Positions 16,743 to 26,532 of a stretch of 64,000 nucleotides of DNA are shown piece after piece. Origin of the DNA: an uncultured delta proteobacterium (GTDB lineage: Bacteria > Myxococcota_A > Polyangia > Fen-1088); contig CAVTRY010000023.1 in the NCBI GenBank assembly GCA_963737265.1, forward strand, positions 320,001 to 384,000, given 5' to 3'. The translations under genes and the position numbers were made by a program. Under the pieces are notes generated by a model. That model was not told the origin of the DNA. It saw only the letters and a program-made list of their open reading frames with translations, and did no database searches. The number at the start of each line of letters is the position of its first letter. Position 1 is the stretch's first letter.

Positions 16743-16803
16743 GTTCCGCGGAAGGCGCCGCGCGAGGATCGCCGACCCCGAGTGCGCGTGGTAATTCTTG
16801 ACC

Positions 16804-17766
16804 ATGATGTTCTCGCCGCCTGGCAACCTCGCGAGCCGCGCCGTCGCCTTTTTCCGCGAGCTGCAAGACCAAATCGTCGCCCGCCTGGAGTCGCTCGACG
16901 GGCAGCGCTTCGGCGAGGACGCCTGGCAGCGCCCGGGGGGCGGAGGAGGACGCGCGCGCGTGCTCGGCGGGGGCGACTTGTTCGAGAAGGCGGGCGTAAA
17001 CTTCTCGGATGTGTTCGGAGAGCTGCGACCGGAGCTCGCCGGCAGCCTGCCCGGCGAAGGAGCCGCCTTTCGCGCGACCGGCGTTTCCCTGGTACTGCAC
17101 CCGCGCAGCCCGCGCGTTCCCATCGTCCACGCCAACCTGCGCTTCATCCAGCGCGGCAGCACGGCCTGGTTCGGCGGGGGCACCGACCTTACGCCCTGCT
17201 ACGTGGTGGCCGAGGATGCTATCCACTTTCACCAGTCGCTGAAGGTCATGTGCGACCGGCACGATCCGGTCCTGTATCCGCGTTTCAAGCGCTGGTGCGA
17301 CCGCTATTTCTTTCTTCCCCACCGCGGCGAACCGCGCGGCGTGGGCGGCATCTTCTTCGACTATCTCGGCGCGGGAGCCGAGGCGACGGCGCGCGAGCCT
17401 TCGCCACCAGCGCCCGCGGAATGGGAATCCGCTGCGGAACGAACCTTCGCCTTCGTCCGCGACCTGGGCGAGCACATGATGGATGCCTACGTCGGCATCG
17501 TCGAGCGCCGGCGCGCTGAACCCTGGGGCGAGCGCGAGAGGGACTGGCAGCTCTTGCGCCGGGGCCGCTATGTCGAGTTCAACCTGGTCTACGACCGCGG
17601 AACGTTGTTCGGCCTACGCACCGACGGACGCGCCGAATCGATCCTGATGTCGCTGCCGCCCGAGGTACGCTGGCGCTACGACGCCCAGCCCGAGCCCGGC
17701 TCACAAGAGGCGCTGTCGCTCGAAGCGATCCGCGCCCAGCGCGATTGGGCGAGCGAAGCTATCTGA
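16804..17766 (+). CDS. hemF: Oxygen-dependent coproporphyrinogen III oxidase
   Basis: FEKAGVNFS, GVSLVLHP, WFGGGTDLTP, RGVGGIFFD, RRGRYVEFNLVYDRGT. Confidence 0.96.
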   Translation: MMFSPPGNLASRAVAFFRELQDQIVARLESLDGQRFGEDAWQRPGGGGGRARVLGGGDLFEKAGVNFSDVFGELRPELAGSLPGEGAAFRATGVSLVLHPRSPRVPIVHANLRFIQRGSTAWFGGGTDLTPCYVVAEDAIHFHQSLKVMCDRHDPVLYPRFKRWCDRYFFLPHRGEPRGVGGIFFDYLGAGAEATAREPSPPAPAEWESAAERTFAFVRDLGEHMMDAYVGIVERRRAEPWGERERDWQLLRRGRYVEFNLVYDRGTLFGLRTDGRAESILMSLPPEVRWRYDAQPEPGSQEALSLEAIRAQRDWASEAI

Positions 17767-17886
17767 ACCGAGAAGCTCGATGTCGGACTGGTGCTCACCG
17801 AGAGCGAGCGCGAGAACATCGTCGTGGGTAAGCGGACAATCAAGGTGCGCCCGCTGACTGGTTGGCTCTGTGGTCTTGACGGTTAA
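17767..17886 (+). pseudogene. Possible 3' remnant of an AAA/DUF4143-type ATP-binding protein gene
   Basis: Start-less frame TEKLDVGLVLTESERENIVVGKRTIKVRPLTGWLCGLDG* next to a tRNA 3' end; family resemblance recognised by eye only. Confidence 0.35.
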
Positions 17887-17937
17887 ATAACTCCCCATCG
17901 TCTTAGACGCAGAGTTCGACTGGTTTTTTCTGCTTAG

Positions 17938-18020
17938 TGCGAGGAGGGGGAATCGAACCCCCATGGCTCTTAACCGCTAGCACCTCAAGCTAGTGCGTCT
18001 ACCAGTTCCGCCATCCTCGC
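17938..18020 (-). tRNA. tRNA-Leu(GAG)
   Basis: GCGAGGATGGCGGAACTGGTAGACGC..., CTAGC-TT-GAG-GT-GCTAG anticodon arm, long variable arm, GGTTCGATTCC. Confidence 0.95.
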
Positions 18021-18111
18021 GGGTGAAGGGCGCTTATAGTCGTCCTAGAACATCAAGTCAACGCCACGTCGCGTTTTGAAGACGCGCCATCCCAGCGCAG
18101 CGGGGCTTGCG

Positions 18112-21100
18112 CTAGAACTTCGCGGCGGTGCCCAGGATTGCACGCAGATTGAGGTGCTCTTGACTGGCGAAGTAGCGCAACAACTCCCTGAGGGGACCGG
18201 GCTTGCGCGCCTGCTCGCGCAACAGCTCGTGACTGATGAGCTCCGGCGCGCCCGCCATGCTCTCTTGCACCACCACGTGGGCGGCGGCGCGCAGTTCGCC
18301 GCACAAAAGTACGCCGGCGCGATTGGCGGTTTCCAGCACCGCCATCCGCCAGCGAGCGCAGTCGATATCGTCGTCCGCGTGCTCGTGGAAGACTTCCGCG
18401 ATCCGTTTGGCCAACTTGTAGGGCAAGGCCTTCTTGAGCTTGGCGGCCTCCTCGGCGGCGCTATCCTCGGAGCCGGCGCGCCAGCGGTTGTGCTTGGGGT
18501 GGAAGGCCTTGAGCGTGGCGGTGAACAGATCATCGAGCGCCACCGGATCCATGGTGGCGGCCAGCACGTACTCGGGCCGCAGCAATTCCAGCGCGTGGCC
18601 GATGCGAAAACGCAACTCGGCCGTCGATCCGCCCTCCGCAAGGCTTTTGCCGATGACAACCGCGGCGGGCGCCGCCGCGACCAGTCTGACTCCCACGAAA
18701 TCGGCGTCGGGCTTGAGAAAGAGGCCGGCGCGCTGGTTTGACAGCGCCTTGCCGGCCTGACTGAAGATCTTGGCCACATCCAGATGCGAGATGGCGGACA
18801 CTTTGTCTTTCGCCGTCACACCGAGACTGTCCAAAGTCGAATGGCTCAGCCCCGGCACGCCCTCCCACAACGCCGCGAAGACCTCGGACACGACACGGGT
18901 GCCAGGATGGGCGAGATTTGCTTTCCGTTCGGCTTCGCCAATGACGCCGGCGTAGGGCTCATCGGTGGGGCGCTCGGGCAAGGCGTGACGATCGAGCACC
19001 GCCCGCTCGTCGCTGCTCGACAGTCCAAGGAGCTCGAGAATCTCCAGGCAGCACCACGCATCGTCGCTGCGCCCCTGTGCCAGATGATCGGTCGCCAGGG
19101 CGCGCAGCGAACCCTCACACCCGGGATCGATGCGCACCAACGCGCGGTGGTTTTCGATGGCAAGTGCGGCGTAAGCGAAGTTTTGCGCGTAAAGCTGCGC
19201 CAGTTGCACACGGGCCGACAATCGCTCGGGATCGAGCACCACGGCCTTTTCCAGCGCCGCGATACCCGCGGCGATATCACGCTCGGCGATTCCGTTGCCG
19301 AGCTTCTCCCAAAGCACGGCTCGGTTGCGTTCGGTCTCCCCGTCCGCGGCGGGTGGCAATCCGGGCAGCAAACGCTCCAGCGTCGCCGAGGCGTCGGCGC
19401 CGCGACCGGCCTGCTCGCAAGCCGTGCACAGCTGCCGCAGCGCCATCTCGTCGGTGGGATTGTCCTCGAGCACCTTTTCCAGCATCTCGGCTGCGTCGGC
19501 AAATTCGCCGATCTCGATCTGCAGATTTGCCACTTCGCACCGGCGGCTTGCCCGCTCGTTGGGGTCCGCGACCGCCTCGGCAATACGCCGCGCGGTGGCG
19601 ATGGCATCACCCACGGAGCCATCGCCGCGCTGCAAGTCGAGCATCTTTTCCAGCAACGGGATGGCGGAGGGCTCAACGGTTTCCAGCATCGTGGCGGCGT
19701 CGACATAGGCCCTTCGCGCCGCATCCTTGTTGCCGAGCGCGAGCTGCAAGTCGCCAATCTGTTCGAAAATCTGCACGCGCTCGTTCCGGTCGGCCGACGA
19801 CTCGGCCACCCGGCGCAACGATCGCGCGGCTTCCAGCTTGTCGCCGCGCTCGATGGCCAAGTCGGCCAGGGCACGCAGCGTCTGTGGGTGACTCGGCGAA
19901 AAACGCAGCGCAGCCTCGTGCAGCGCCGCCGCGCGCTCGGGCCGCCGCAGCTTGAGCTCGGCCTGTGCGGCGTGGGTCAGCGCCTGGGCAACCTCCTCGG
20001 GATACTGTGAAGCCATGGCATGCTCGGCGATGCCTTCGAGATGGGTGGTGGTCTCGCGCCAGCGGCGCGCTTGAAAACGGTTCTCGCCGAGAGCGATCCG
20101 CAGCATCAACTGTCCCGGCATGGCCCGGTCGGCCTCGATCAGCTGGCGATACCCTTCCTCCAGACGACCGAGCTTTTCGTAGACTTCGCCCAGCCGATGG
20201 TAGAGCTGCGCCGTGTGCTCGGGCTGCCCGCGCAGGCGGCGCAGGGCCTCGTTCAGTCGCCGTTCGGCTTTGCTCCACTGCTGTTCGCGGTAGTAGATGT
20301 CCGCCATGGTAATGACGGCCGGCAGATGGCCAGGATCGATCTCGAGCGCCTGATCGAGACGCGCTTCCGCCTCATTCAGCAATTCGGGATCTTCGCACAG
20401 AACGCGCGCAAGATTGGTTAGCGCCACGGCCTTGGCCGCCGGTGTTTCGCACGCCTCAAGCTGCCGCTCGTAAAGCTCCCTGCCCTCCTCGACCCGACCT
20501 TCAGCGGCCTCAAGCGACGCCAGCGCTCCTAGCGCATCAGGATTCTTGGGGTGATCTGCGACCGCGCGCTCAACGCAGACGCGCGCTTGCAGCGTATCGG
20601 AAAGCTGATCGCGGAAGACCGCCGCGGCCTCTAGCAAAAGGCCAGCCTGCTCGGGCTTTCCCGTCAGCGCATCCGCCTGTCGCAGCAAGGCCGCAGCGTA
20701 GGCGTGAAAGTCGTTGCGCTTGAGATGAAAGCGCGCCAGCGCCGACAACACCGAGGTCTCGCCCGGCGCCACATCGAGCGCCGACTCCAGCGCTTCGAGC
20801 GCGCCTTCGGCATCGTCCAAATCATCGGCTTTGAGCTGGGCCTTTTCGAGGTAGAGCGCAGCGACCAAGGCGGGATCGCTGTCGGCCTTGCCAAGCGTAT
20901 CGATGCGCTGATCGAGCATACGCAAGGCCTCGTGGGATAGCCCAGCGCTGCGCAAGTTGCGTAGCAGCGCCGTTGCCGTGTTCGGATCGGAGAGCGATTC
21001 CGGGCCGAGCTCGCGCAGGCACGCTGCAGCCGCATCGGGATTGCCGAGCTTCTCTTCGAGGATGCGAGCACGCCGCCAGATGAGATCCGAACGCTCGGCG

Positions 21101-24100
21101 CCCTCCGCGATTCGAATGCGGCGTTCGAGCACCTGCGCGAGAGCTTCGAAGTGTCCGACCGCCGTGTGCAAGCGATCGAGCGCGGCCAAGGCCGTCGCAT
21201 CGCCAGGCGACTTGGCCAAAATGGTTTCGTGGACCTCGATGGCCTTGGCGGGGAGGGCCAGCTCGCGTTCGTAAATCTCGGCGAGGTGACCACGCGCCTC
21301 GCGCGCATCGCCGTCGTCGCCCGCCAGCTCCAGCTCGCGCTGCAGAGCCGCGGCTGCCTTCTGCGCCATGCCAACCTTGCCAAGCAAGCGCGCCAGCGCC
21401 GCGTAGCCCGAGCGCGCCTCGCCGACGATCTCGGCGGATCGCTCCAGCCCCTCTTCGCCGAGTTTCTCTTCCTCGACGCTGGCGACGTACTTTTCCAGCG
21501 TGTCGACCGCCTCGTAGGGACGTTCCAGGCGCTGCTCGTAGAGCTCGGCCAGTTCAAAGGCCTTGCGGCGCATCTCCGGCCCTTCCAGCCGGCCTTCGCC
21601 CAGCATGGTTCGTCGTTCGAGCACGGTGGCGAGGTCGGACCAGCGCAAGGTGTCGCGATAGATGTGCTCCAGGCGATCGAGCGCCACCGGACTGCTGGGT
21701 TCGAGCACGAGTACGGCGCGGTAGCGCTCCTCCGCAAGCTCGCGCTCGGCCAGCTCTTCGCGGATCCCGGCCACGCGCAGGTTGAAAGCAACGATGTCGG
21801 CGCGCGATCCGTGCTCGGCCGCGCGCAGATAGATCGCACAGACCGCGTCCCATCGATTTTCGTTCTTCGCCAGGCGTTCCATCTCCGCGCACACGGCTTC
21901 GTCCTTGGTGTTGAGGGCAAAGGCGCGTTCCAAGGCTTCGAGCGCTCGATCCACGTCGTGCGCCCCGCGCATCCAGATATCGGCCACCTTCACTAAGTAG
22001 TCGTGGCGGGTGATCACATCGGCGGACAGCATCTCATAGGCCTGCACCCACTCCTGCCAGGGAGTTTCAAAAGTGGCCGTGATGTGCGGAACGAGCGGCC
22101 GGACGGCCTGCGGCGGCAGCGGCGTTTCGTCTAGAATGTCGACGTCGTCGATGTCGATCTCACCCGTGATTTCACCGGGGGACAACTCGACCGCCGGCTC
22201 GGAACCGGAACCTTCTCCCGCCGTTTCTTCCGACGCTGCTTCCGGCGTCGGCTCTGCTTCCCGCCCGGATTCGACCGCGCGTGCCTCTTGCGAAATAGTC
22301 TCGCCCGGCGGCAGAGTCTCTGACTGCGGCGGCAAAATGGCGGCCTGGGCGGTCGCGTAGCGCCCGATTTTTTCCGCCAGACGCCACAGGTTCTCGATGA
22401 CCTCTTCGTCGTCGGGAGCAAGGCGGAAAGCGCCGAGAAAGGCGCGAAAGGCACGCACGTCGTCCTTGACCTTGGTCTCGACCAACACGGCAGCACGCCG
22501 GGAAATCTCCACCTTCTCGGGCGCCGACTCCGCCCGTGCGAAGAGCTGACCCTCGACATTGAGGGTGTCCTCCCAACGGCCGGTGATTTCCGCTAAGCGC
22601 AGGATTTCCCGGTGCGACGATTCGCTGCCGGGATCGAGGGCGAATGCGCGGAGGTACTCGTCGAACGCGCCGGCCGGATCGTTCATGTCGTTTTCACGCA
22701 CCGACGCCCGCAAACGCAACAAGGCCGTGCGATCGGCGATGGCGGGCCGACCCCGCGCCACCTGCGCGTAGACGTCGAGCAGCCCCTGCCAGTCCGCGAT
22801 ATTTCGACCGAGCCGTTCCAACTCGGGAAGCAGAACTGTCCCTTCAGAATCGTGCGCAAGCGCCTCGCGCATGACCGCGAACGCGCGCGCGGGCGACCCG
22901 AGGCGCAGCTCGCACAGCCCGGCCACTTTGAGCGCCACATCGATCTTGCCCCGCGCATCCGTCGCCCGTTCGCCGTCGCCGAGGTAGACGCCGATCAAAT
23001 CTTCCCACAGAGCGTGGGCCAGGGCGGTGGCTTCGAGGCGACCGAGCGTCGTCTCATCGGGCTCTTCATGGTACGCGCGCCGGTACCACTCGAAGGCCCG
23101 GCGCGGCTCCTTGAGCATGGTTTCGGACGCGTCCGCCATCTCAAAGATCAAGCGGCGACGTTCCTCGGGATCTTTGGCCAGAGCGAGCAGTTTCTCGTCG
23201 GTGGAGATGAGCCGCTCGCCGTCACCGGCGGCGGCATAAAGCGCCGCCAGCGCCGCCAGCGCATCGGGCTGCTCCGCTTCGATCTCGAGCACGCGCTCGA
23301 ACGCGCGCATCGCCTTGCGCGAATCGGCGAGACGCTCGCGGCAGAGATAGCCCACCTCCAAGCCGCGCGTGATTCGCTCGGCCGGATCGGTGGTGAGCGC
23401 AAACTGGCGCTCGGCCACGCTGACGACGCGGGGCCAGTCCTGCATGGCCTCGGCCACCCGGCGCAGGGCCACGTGCGCGGCGACGCTCGACGCGTCCATC
23501 TCGTTGATGATCTGTTCGAGGGCGGTCACGGCCGCCGCAGGATCGGACAGCTCTTCTTCGAACAGGCGGGCGCGCTCGAGCGCCAAATCCGTGGCCTCGG
23601 CGGTGTTCGAGGCAACGGCGATCCGGCGCAGCAGCAAGTCGACCAGCGTGGAAAAATCGCCCATGTCCGCCGCGATCGAGGAAAGCGCCTCCAGCGCTTC
23701 TCGATCCGATGGCTGGATCTTGAGCAGGACCTGCCATGCCGCACAGGCGCGCTCGGTCTGTTTGAGATCGCTGCCAGCGAGACGAGCCAAGCGGCGCAAC
23801 GATTCGACTTGCGCGACCGGATCGCCTTCCTTGGCCTTGATTTTCACATCGAGAATGCGCGCCAAGTCCTCGGAGCGAGCTAGATGCTCGTAGGCCAAAA
23901 GGAGGGCGTCGATGGCGCGCTCGTCGTTGGGAACGTGCTTGACGACCTTTTCCCAGTAGGGAACTGCCTTGGCGACTTCGCCGAGGTCGTCCTGCAAGAG
24001 CCCGGCGATGTGCTTAATGATGTGCAGCTTCTCGTCGGACGATGCGGCGTAGCGCAGGTGGTATTCGAGCATCTTGACGAGCCGGGGCTTGTCGCCCGAC

Positions 24101-26115
24101 TTTTCCAAGATGGACTCGAGCTGCAACAGTGCGTCGTTGTCGCCTGGAACGAATTTCAGAATCTGCGCAGCGTCCAGCGAGGCGGCGGGGAGGTCGGCCA
24201 GCTTCTCCACGTAAATGGCGACCAAGCGACGCAGGATGCTGACCTTTTCCGCGTCCGTGGCGGCGATTTCGATCTGGCTGCGCAGGAGAGGCGCCAATTC
24301 CGCATAACGCTCGCCCTGCTCGTACGCCTCGACCACGTTACGCAAAGCGACGCCGTCGTGCGGGTCGATGGCCAGAATCTGCAGATAGACCACGATGGCC
24401 TGGTTGGCATCCGACAGCTTCTCGGCATGCAGCCGAGCCAAGCGATGCAAGACCTCGACCTTCTGCGTTGGTTCGGCGGCCCGCTCCGCCTCGTCGACGA
24501 ACAACGGCACCATTTGCGCCCACTGCTTGGTCTTCTGCAGGATGCGCTTCTGCGCCTCGCGCGCGCGCTCGTACCCGGGCGCAAGCTCCCACATGCGGCG
24601 CCACACGGCGAGCGTGCGATCCAGATCGCCGAGCTTGGTCTCGGCCAAGACTGCGATCTCTTCCAGACGCGGAAGCAACTCTTCCACAGGCTTGCCCAAC
24701 TTGCGATCGTGCTCGGCGGCGAATTCAAGCAGGTCAGCCAACTCGCCGAACGATCCGTGCGAACGGAAGTGCTCCGAGTAGCCCTTGAGTGCCTCGGCGT
24801 CGCTCGGGTTGTCCTGCAAAATGGCGTGCAGATAGACCGCCGCTTGCTCGCGGTCACCCAGACGGTCCTGATAGAGCGACGCCAATTCGCGCAGCAGCGC
24901 CAAGCGCGCCTCGGGCTCGGTGGTGCGTTCAAGCTGCTTTTCGCGCAGCTCGGCTAGCTTGCCGTAGTCCTGCCGGCCAAGGTAGAGCTTGGCCAGATGT
25001 TGCGAGGCCGGCCCGCCCGGCGGCTCGAGCGCCAAGATTTGCTCGTAGGTGCGGATCGCTTCGTCGAGATCCCCAAGCGAGGTTTGGGCGAGGTGTGCGC
25101 GCTTGGTCAGGATCTCGATCTTCTCGTGGCTGGTGCGCGCTTGGCCGGCGCGTTCGCGCAAGAAGCGGTCGAGATCGGCGACGCGGCCGGATTCGGTGAG
25201 GATGCGCTCGATGAGTGCGAGTGCTTCGACATGAAAAGGAACGGCCGCCAGCGCCTTGCGCACCGCCACGACGGCGTTGTCCACATCGCCCGCCTCATGC
25301 CGTCGGCGAGCGATCTGGTTGTACAGCCCTGCGGCACGATCGGCGCCATCCGCACCGGTCCAGTTGGGATTGGCGTACACGGACGCCAAGGCTTCGAGCG
25401 CTTTGTCGTCGCGCGGATAAAGTCGGACTACTTCGCTCAGCTTTTGCGCCGCCTGCGGCAGATCGCCGACCCGCTCGGCCAGAACCCGCCCCAAGCGAAA
25501 CATCAACCCGATGCGTCGCTTGGGATCGGTAGTTCCCGCGAGCTCGATTTCATACAGACGGCAAACCATCGGGTAGTCGCCAAGCGCGTTGTAGATCTTG
25601 CGCGTGGCTTCCACGGTCTTGAGATTTTCCGCCGTCACCTCGGCGCGCAATCCGGGCGTGGACAAGGCATGTTCGATGCGCGCGACCTGCTGGCCGTAGG
25701 TGCGCTCGACCTCAGCGCGCAGCTCGGCAATGCGAGGGGCATCGCGGGCATGGGCCACGGCAGCGGCTTCCACTTCGAGCATGTTGAGGTACTCGGTGGT
25801 ACGAGCCTGCTCGCGATAAATGTCCTTTAGCCGCTTGGCCGCCTTGCGATGGGTTGCATCGCGGCTGACGGCATGGGCCAGGTCGGCTTCGGCGCCCGAC
25901 ACATCCGAGAGGTGATCGACGCGCACCTCGGCAGCCAAGTAGAAAAGGTCGGCGGCCTTGGTCTGATCCGGGATCGCTTGGGCACGCGTTTCGTAAAGCG
26001 TGACTAGCTTGTCGAATCGTCCTGACTCTCGATAGGACCTCCGCAGGAAGAGAAAGGCCTCGTTGTGGCCCGGCTCGCGTTGTAAGGCCTGTTCATACTC
26101 GCGCTCGCTCGGCAT
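18112..26115 (-). CDS. Giant TPR-repeat protein (~2670 aa), AgmK-like myxobacterial scaffold
   Basis: Continuous TPR-like repeats, acidic linker near the middle, C-terminal LRFRIGHALELL / TANRAGVLLCG domain; GGAGG SD. Confidence 0.85.
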   Translation of the reverse strand: MPSEREYEQALQREPGHNEAFLFLRRSYRESGRFDKLVTLYETRAQAIPDQTKAADLFYLAAEVRVDHLSDVSGAEADLAHAVSRDATHRKAAKRLKDIYREQARTTEYLNMLEVEAAAVAHARDAPRIAELRAEVERTYGQQVARIEHALSTPGLRAEVTAENLKTVEATRKIYNALGDYPMVCRLYEIELAGTTDPKRRIGLMFRLGRVLAERVGDLPQAAQKLSEVVRLYPRDDKALEALASVYANPNWTGADGADRAAGLYNQIARRRHEAGDVDNAVVAVRKALAAVPFHVEALALIERILTESGRVADLDRFLRERAGQARTSHEKIEILTKRAHLAQTSLGDLDEAIRTYEQILALEPPGGPASQHLAKLYLGRQDYGKLAELREKQLERTTEPEARLALLRELASLYQDRLGDREQAAVYLHAILQDNPSDAEALKGYSEHFRSHGSFGELADLLEFAAEHDRKLGKPVEELLPRLEEIAVLAETKLGDLDRTLAVWRRMWELAPGYERAREAQKRILQKTKQWAQMVPLFVDEAERAAEPTQKVEVLHRLARLHAEKLSDANQAIVVYLQILAIDPHDGVALRNVVEAYEQGERYAELAPLLRSQIEIAATDAEKVSILRRLVAIYVEKLADLPAASLDAAQILKFVPGDNDALLQLESILEKSGDKPRLVKMLEYHLRYAASSDEKLHIIKHIAGLLQDDLGEVAKAVPYWEKVVKHVPNDERAIDALLLAYEHLARSEDLARILDVKIKAKEGDPVAQVESLRRLARLAGSDLKQTERACAAWQVLLKIQPSDREALEALSSIAADMGDFSTLVDLLLRRIAVASNTAEATDLALERARLFEEELSDPAAAVTALEQIINEMDASSVAAHVALRRVAEAMQDWPRVVSVAERQFALTTDPAERITRGLEVGYLCRERLADSRKAMRAFERVLEIEAEQPDALAALAALYAAAGDGERLISTDEKLLALAKDPEERRRLIFEMADASETMLKEPRRAFEWYRRAYHEEPDETTLGRLEATALAHALWEDLIGVYLGDGERATDARGKIDVALKVAGLCELRLGSPARAFAVMREALAHDSEGTVLLPELERLGRNIADWQGLLDVYAQVARGRPAIADRTALLRLRASVRENDMNDPAGAFDEYLRAFALDPGSESSHREILRLAEITGRWEDTLNVEGQLFARAESAPEKVEISRRAAVLVETKVKDDVRAFRAFLGAFRLAPDDEEVIENLWRLAEKIGRYATAQAAILPPQSETLPPGETISQEARAVESGREAEPTPEAASEETAGEGSGSEPAVELSPGEITGEIDIDDVDILDETPLPPQAVRPLVPHITATFETPWQEWVQAYEMLSADVITRHDYLVKVADIWMRGAHDVDRALEALERAFALNTKDEAVCAEMERLAKNENRWDAVCAIYLRAAEHGSRADIVAFNLRVAGIREELAERELAEERYRAVLVLEPSSPVALDRLEHIYRDTLRWSDLATVLERRTMLGEGRLEGPEMRRKAFELAELYEQRLERPYEAVDTLEKYVASVEEEKLGEEGLERSAEIVGEARSGYAALARLLGKVGMAQKAAAALQRELELAGDDGDAREARGHLAEIYERELALPAKAIEVHETILAKSPGDATALAALDRLHTAVGHFEALAQVLERRIRIAEGAERSDLIWRRARILEEKLGNPDAAAACLRELGPESLSDPNTATALLRNLRSAGLSHEALRMLDQRIDTLGKADSDPALVAALYLEKAQLKADDLDDAEGALEALESALDVAPGETSVLSALARFHLKRNDFHAYAAALLRQADALTGKPEQAGLLLEAAAVFRDQLSDTLQARVCVERAVADHPKNPDALGALASLEAAEGRVEEGRELYERQLEACETPAAKAVALTNLARVLCEDPELLNEAEARLDQALEIDPGHLPAVITMADIYYREQQWSKAERRLNEALRRLRGQPEHTAQLYHRLGEVYEKLGRLEEGYRQLIEADRAMPGQLMLRIALGENRFQARRWRETTTHLEGIAEHAMASQYPEEVAQALTHAAQAELKLRRPERAAALHEAALRFSPSHPQTLRALADLAIERGDKLEAARSLRRVAESSADRNERVQIFEQIGDLQLALGNKDAARRAYVDAATMLETVEPSAIPLLEKMLDLQRGDGSVGDAIATARRIAEAVADPNERASRRCEVANLQIEIGEFADAAEMLEKVLEDNPTDEMALRQLCTACEQAGRGADASATLERLLPGLPPAADGETERNRAVLWEKLGNGIAERDIAAGIAALEKAVVLDPERLSARVQLAQLYAQNFAYAALAIENHRALVRIDPGCEGSLRALATDHLAQGRSDDAWCCLEILELLGLSSSDERAVLDRHALPERPTDEPYAGVIGEAERKANLAHPGTRVVSEVFAALWEGVPGLSHSTLDSLGVTAKDKVSAISHLDVAKIFSQAGKALSNQRAGLFLKPDADFVGVRLVAAAPAAVVIGKSLAEGGSTAELRFRIGHALELLRPEYVLAATMDPVALDDLFTATLKAFHPKHNRWRAGSEDSAAEEAAKLKKALPYKLAKRIAEVFHEHADDDIDCARWRMAVLETANRAGVLLCGELRAAAHVVVQESMAGAPELISHELLREQARKPGPLRELLRYFASQEHLNLRAILGTAAKF

Positions 26116-26322
26116 GCGGCCCTCCAAAAATTCGGTGGTCGTCCTCGGTTGGTGACCCCTGAGAGGGTCAAGGTAGCATCAGGGCGCAAGGAAACCAAGG
26201 GGTTAGGAGAGCCCATCATCCCGCGACAAGCGCAGCGACGTTGCGGAAGGAGGCGGAAAATGGCGGCTTTCCAAGGTGGACGCGTCACCCAGTTGGAGCG
26301 ATGAATGGTGGTCGTAAGCGGC

Positions 26323-26400
26323 GTCGTGGTCGTGGCCCTGGCCGTGGCCGACGGTGATCACTCCGGCCACGGCCCCTTCATAGTCGGCCACGACCACGAC
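26323..26400. repeat. Nested inverted repeat (long hairpin, REP/MITE-like)
   Basis: 15-bp arms GTCGTGGTCGTGGCC/GGCCACGACCACGAC, inner 11-bp arms GGCCGTGGCCG/CGGCCACGGCC. Confidence 0.75.
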
Positions 26401-26532
26401 CTTCTGCGCCTATCGCGGGATTTCGGAGAGCTGCGCGATGCATGGTTGGTCCACGGACAACGCACAGAGACTATCGGGGCTTGCCGCCGCCCTTCCCGAC
26501 TTCCCCGCTATCCCGAAGTTACCCACGCGATG

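Noticed and set aside
17764-17886. TGA read-through or selenocysteine extension of HemF
   Set aside because: HemF is already complete and no SECIS-like hairpin is evident after the TGA
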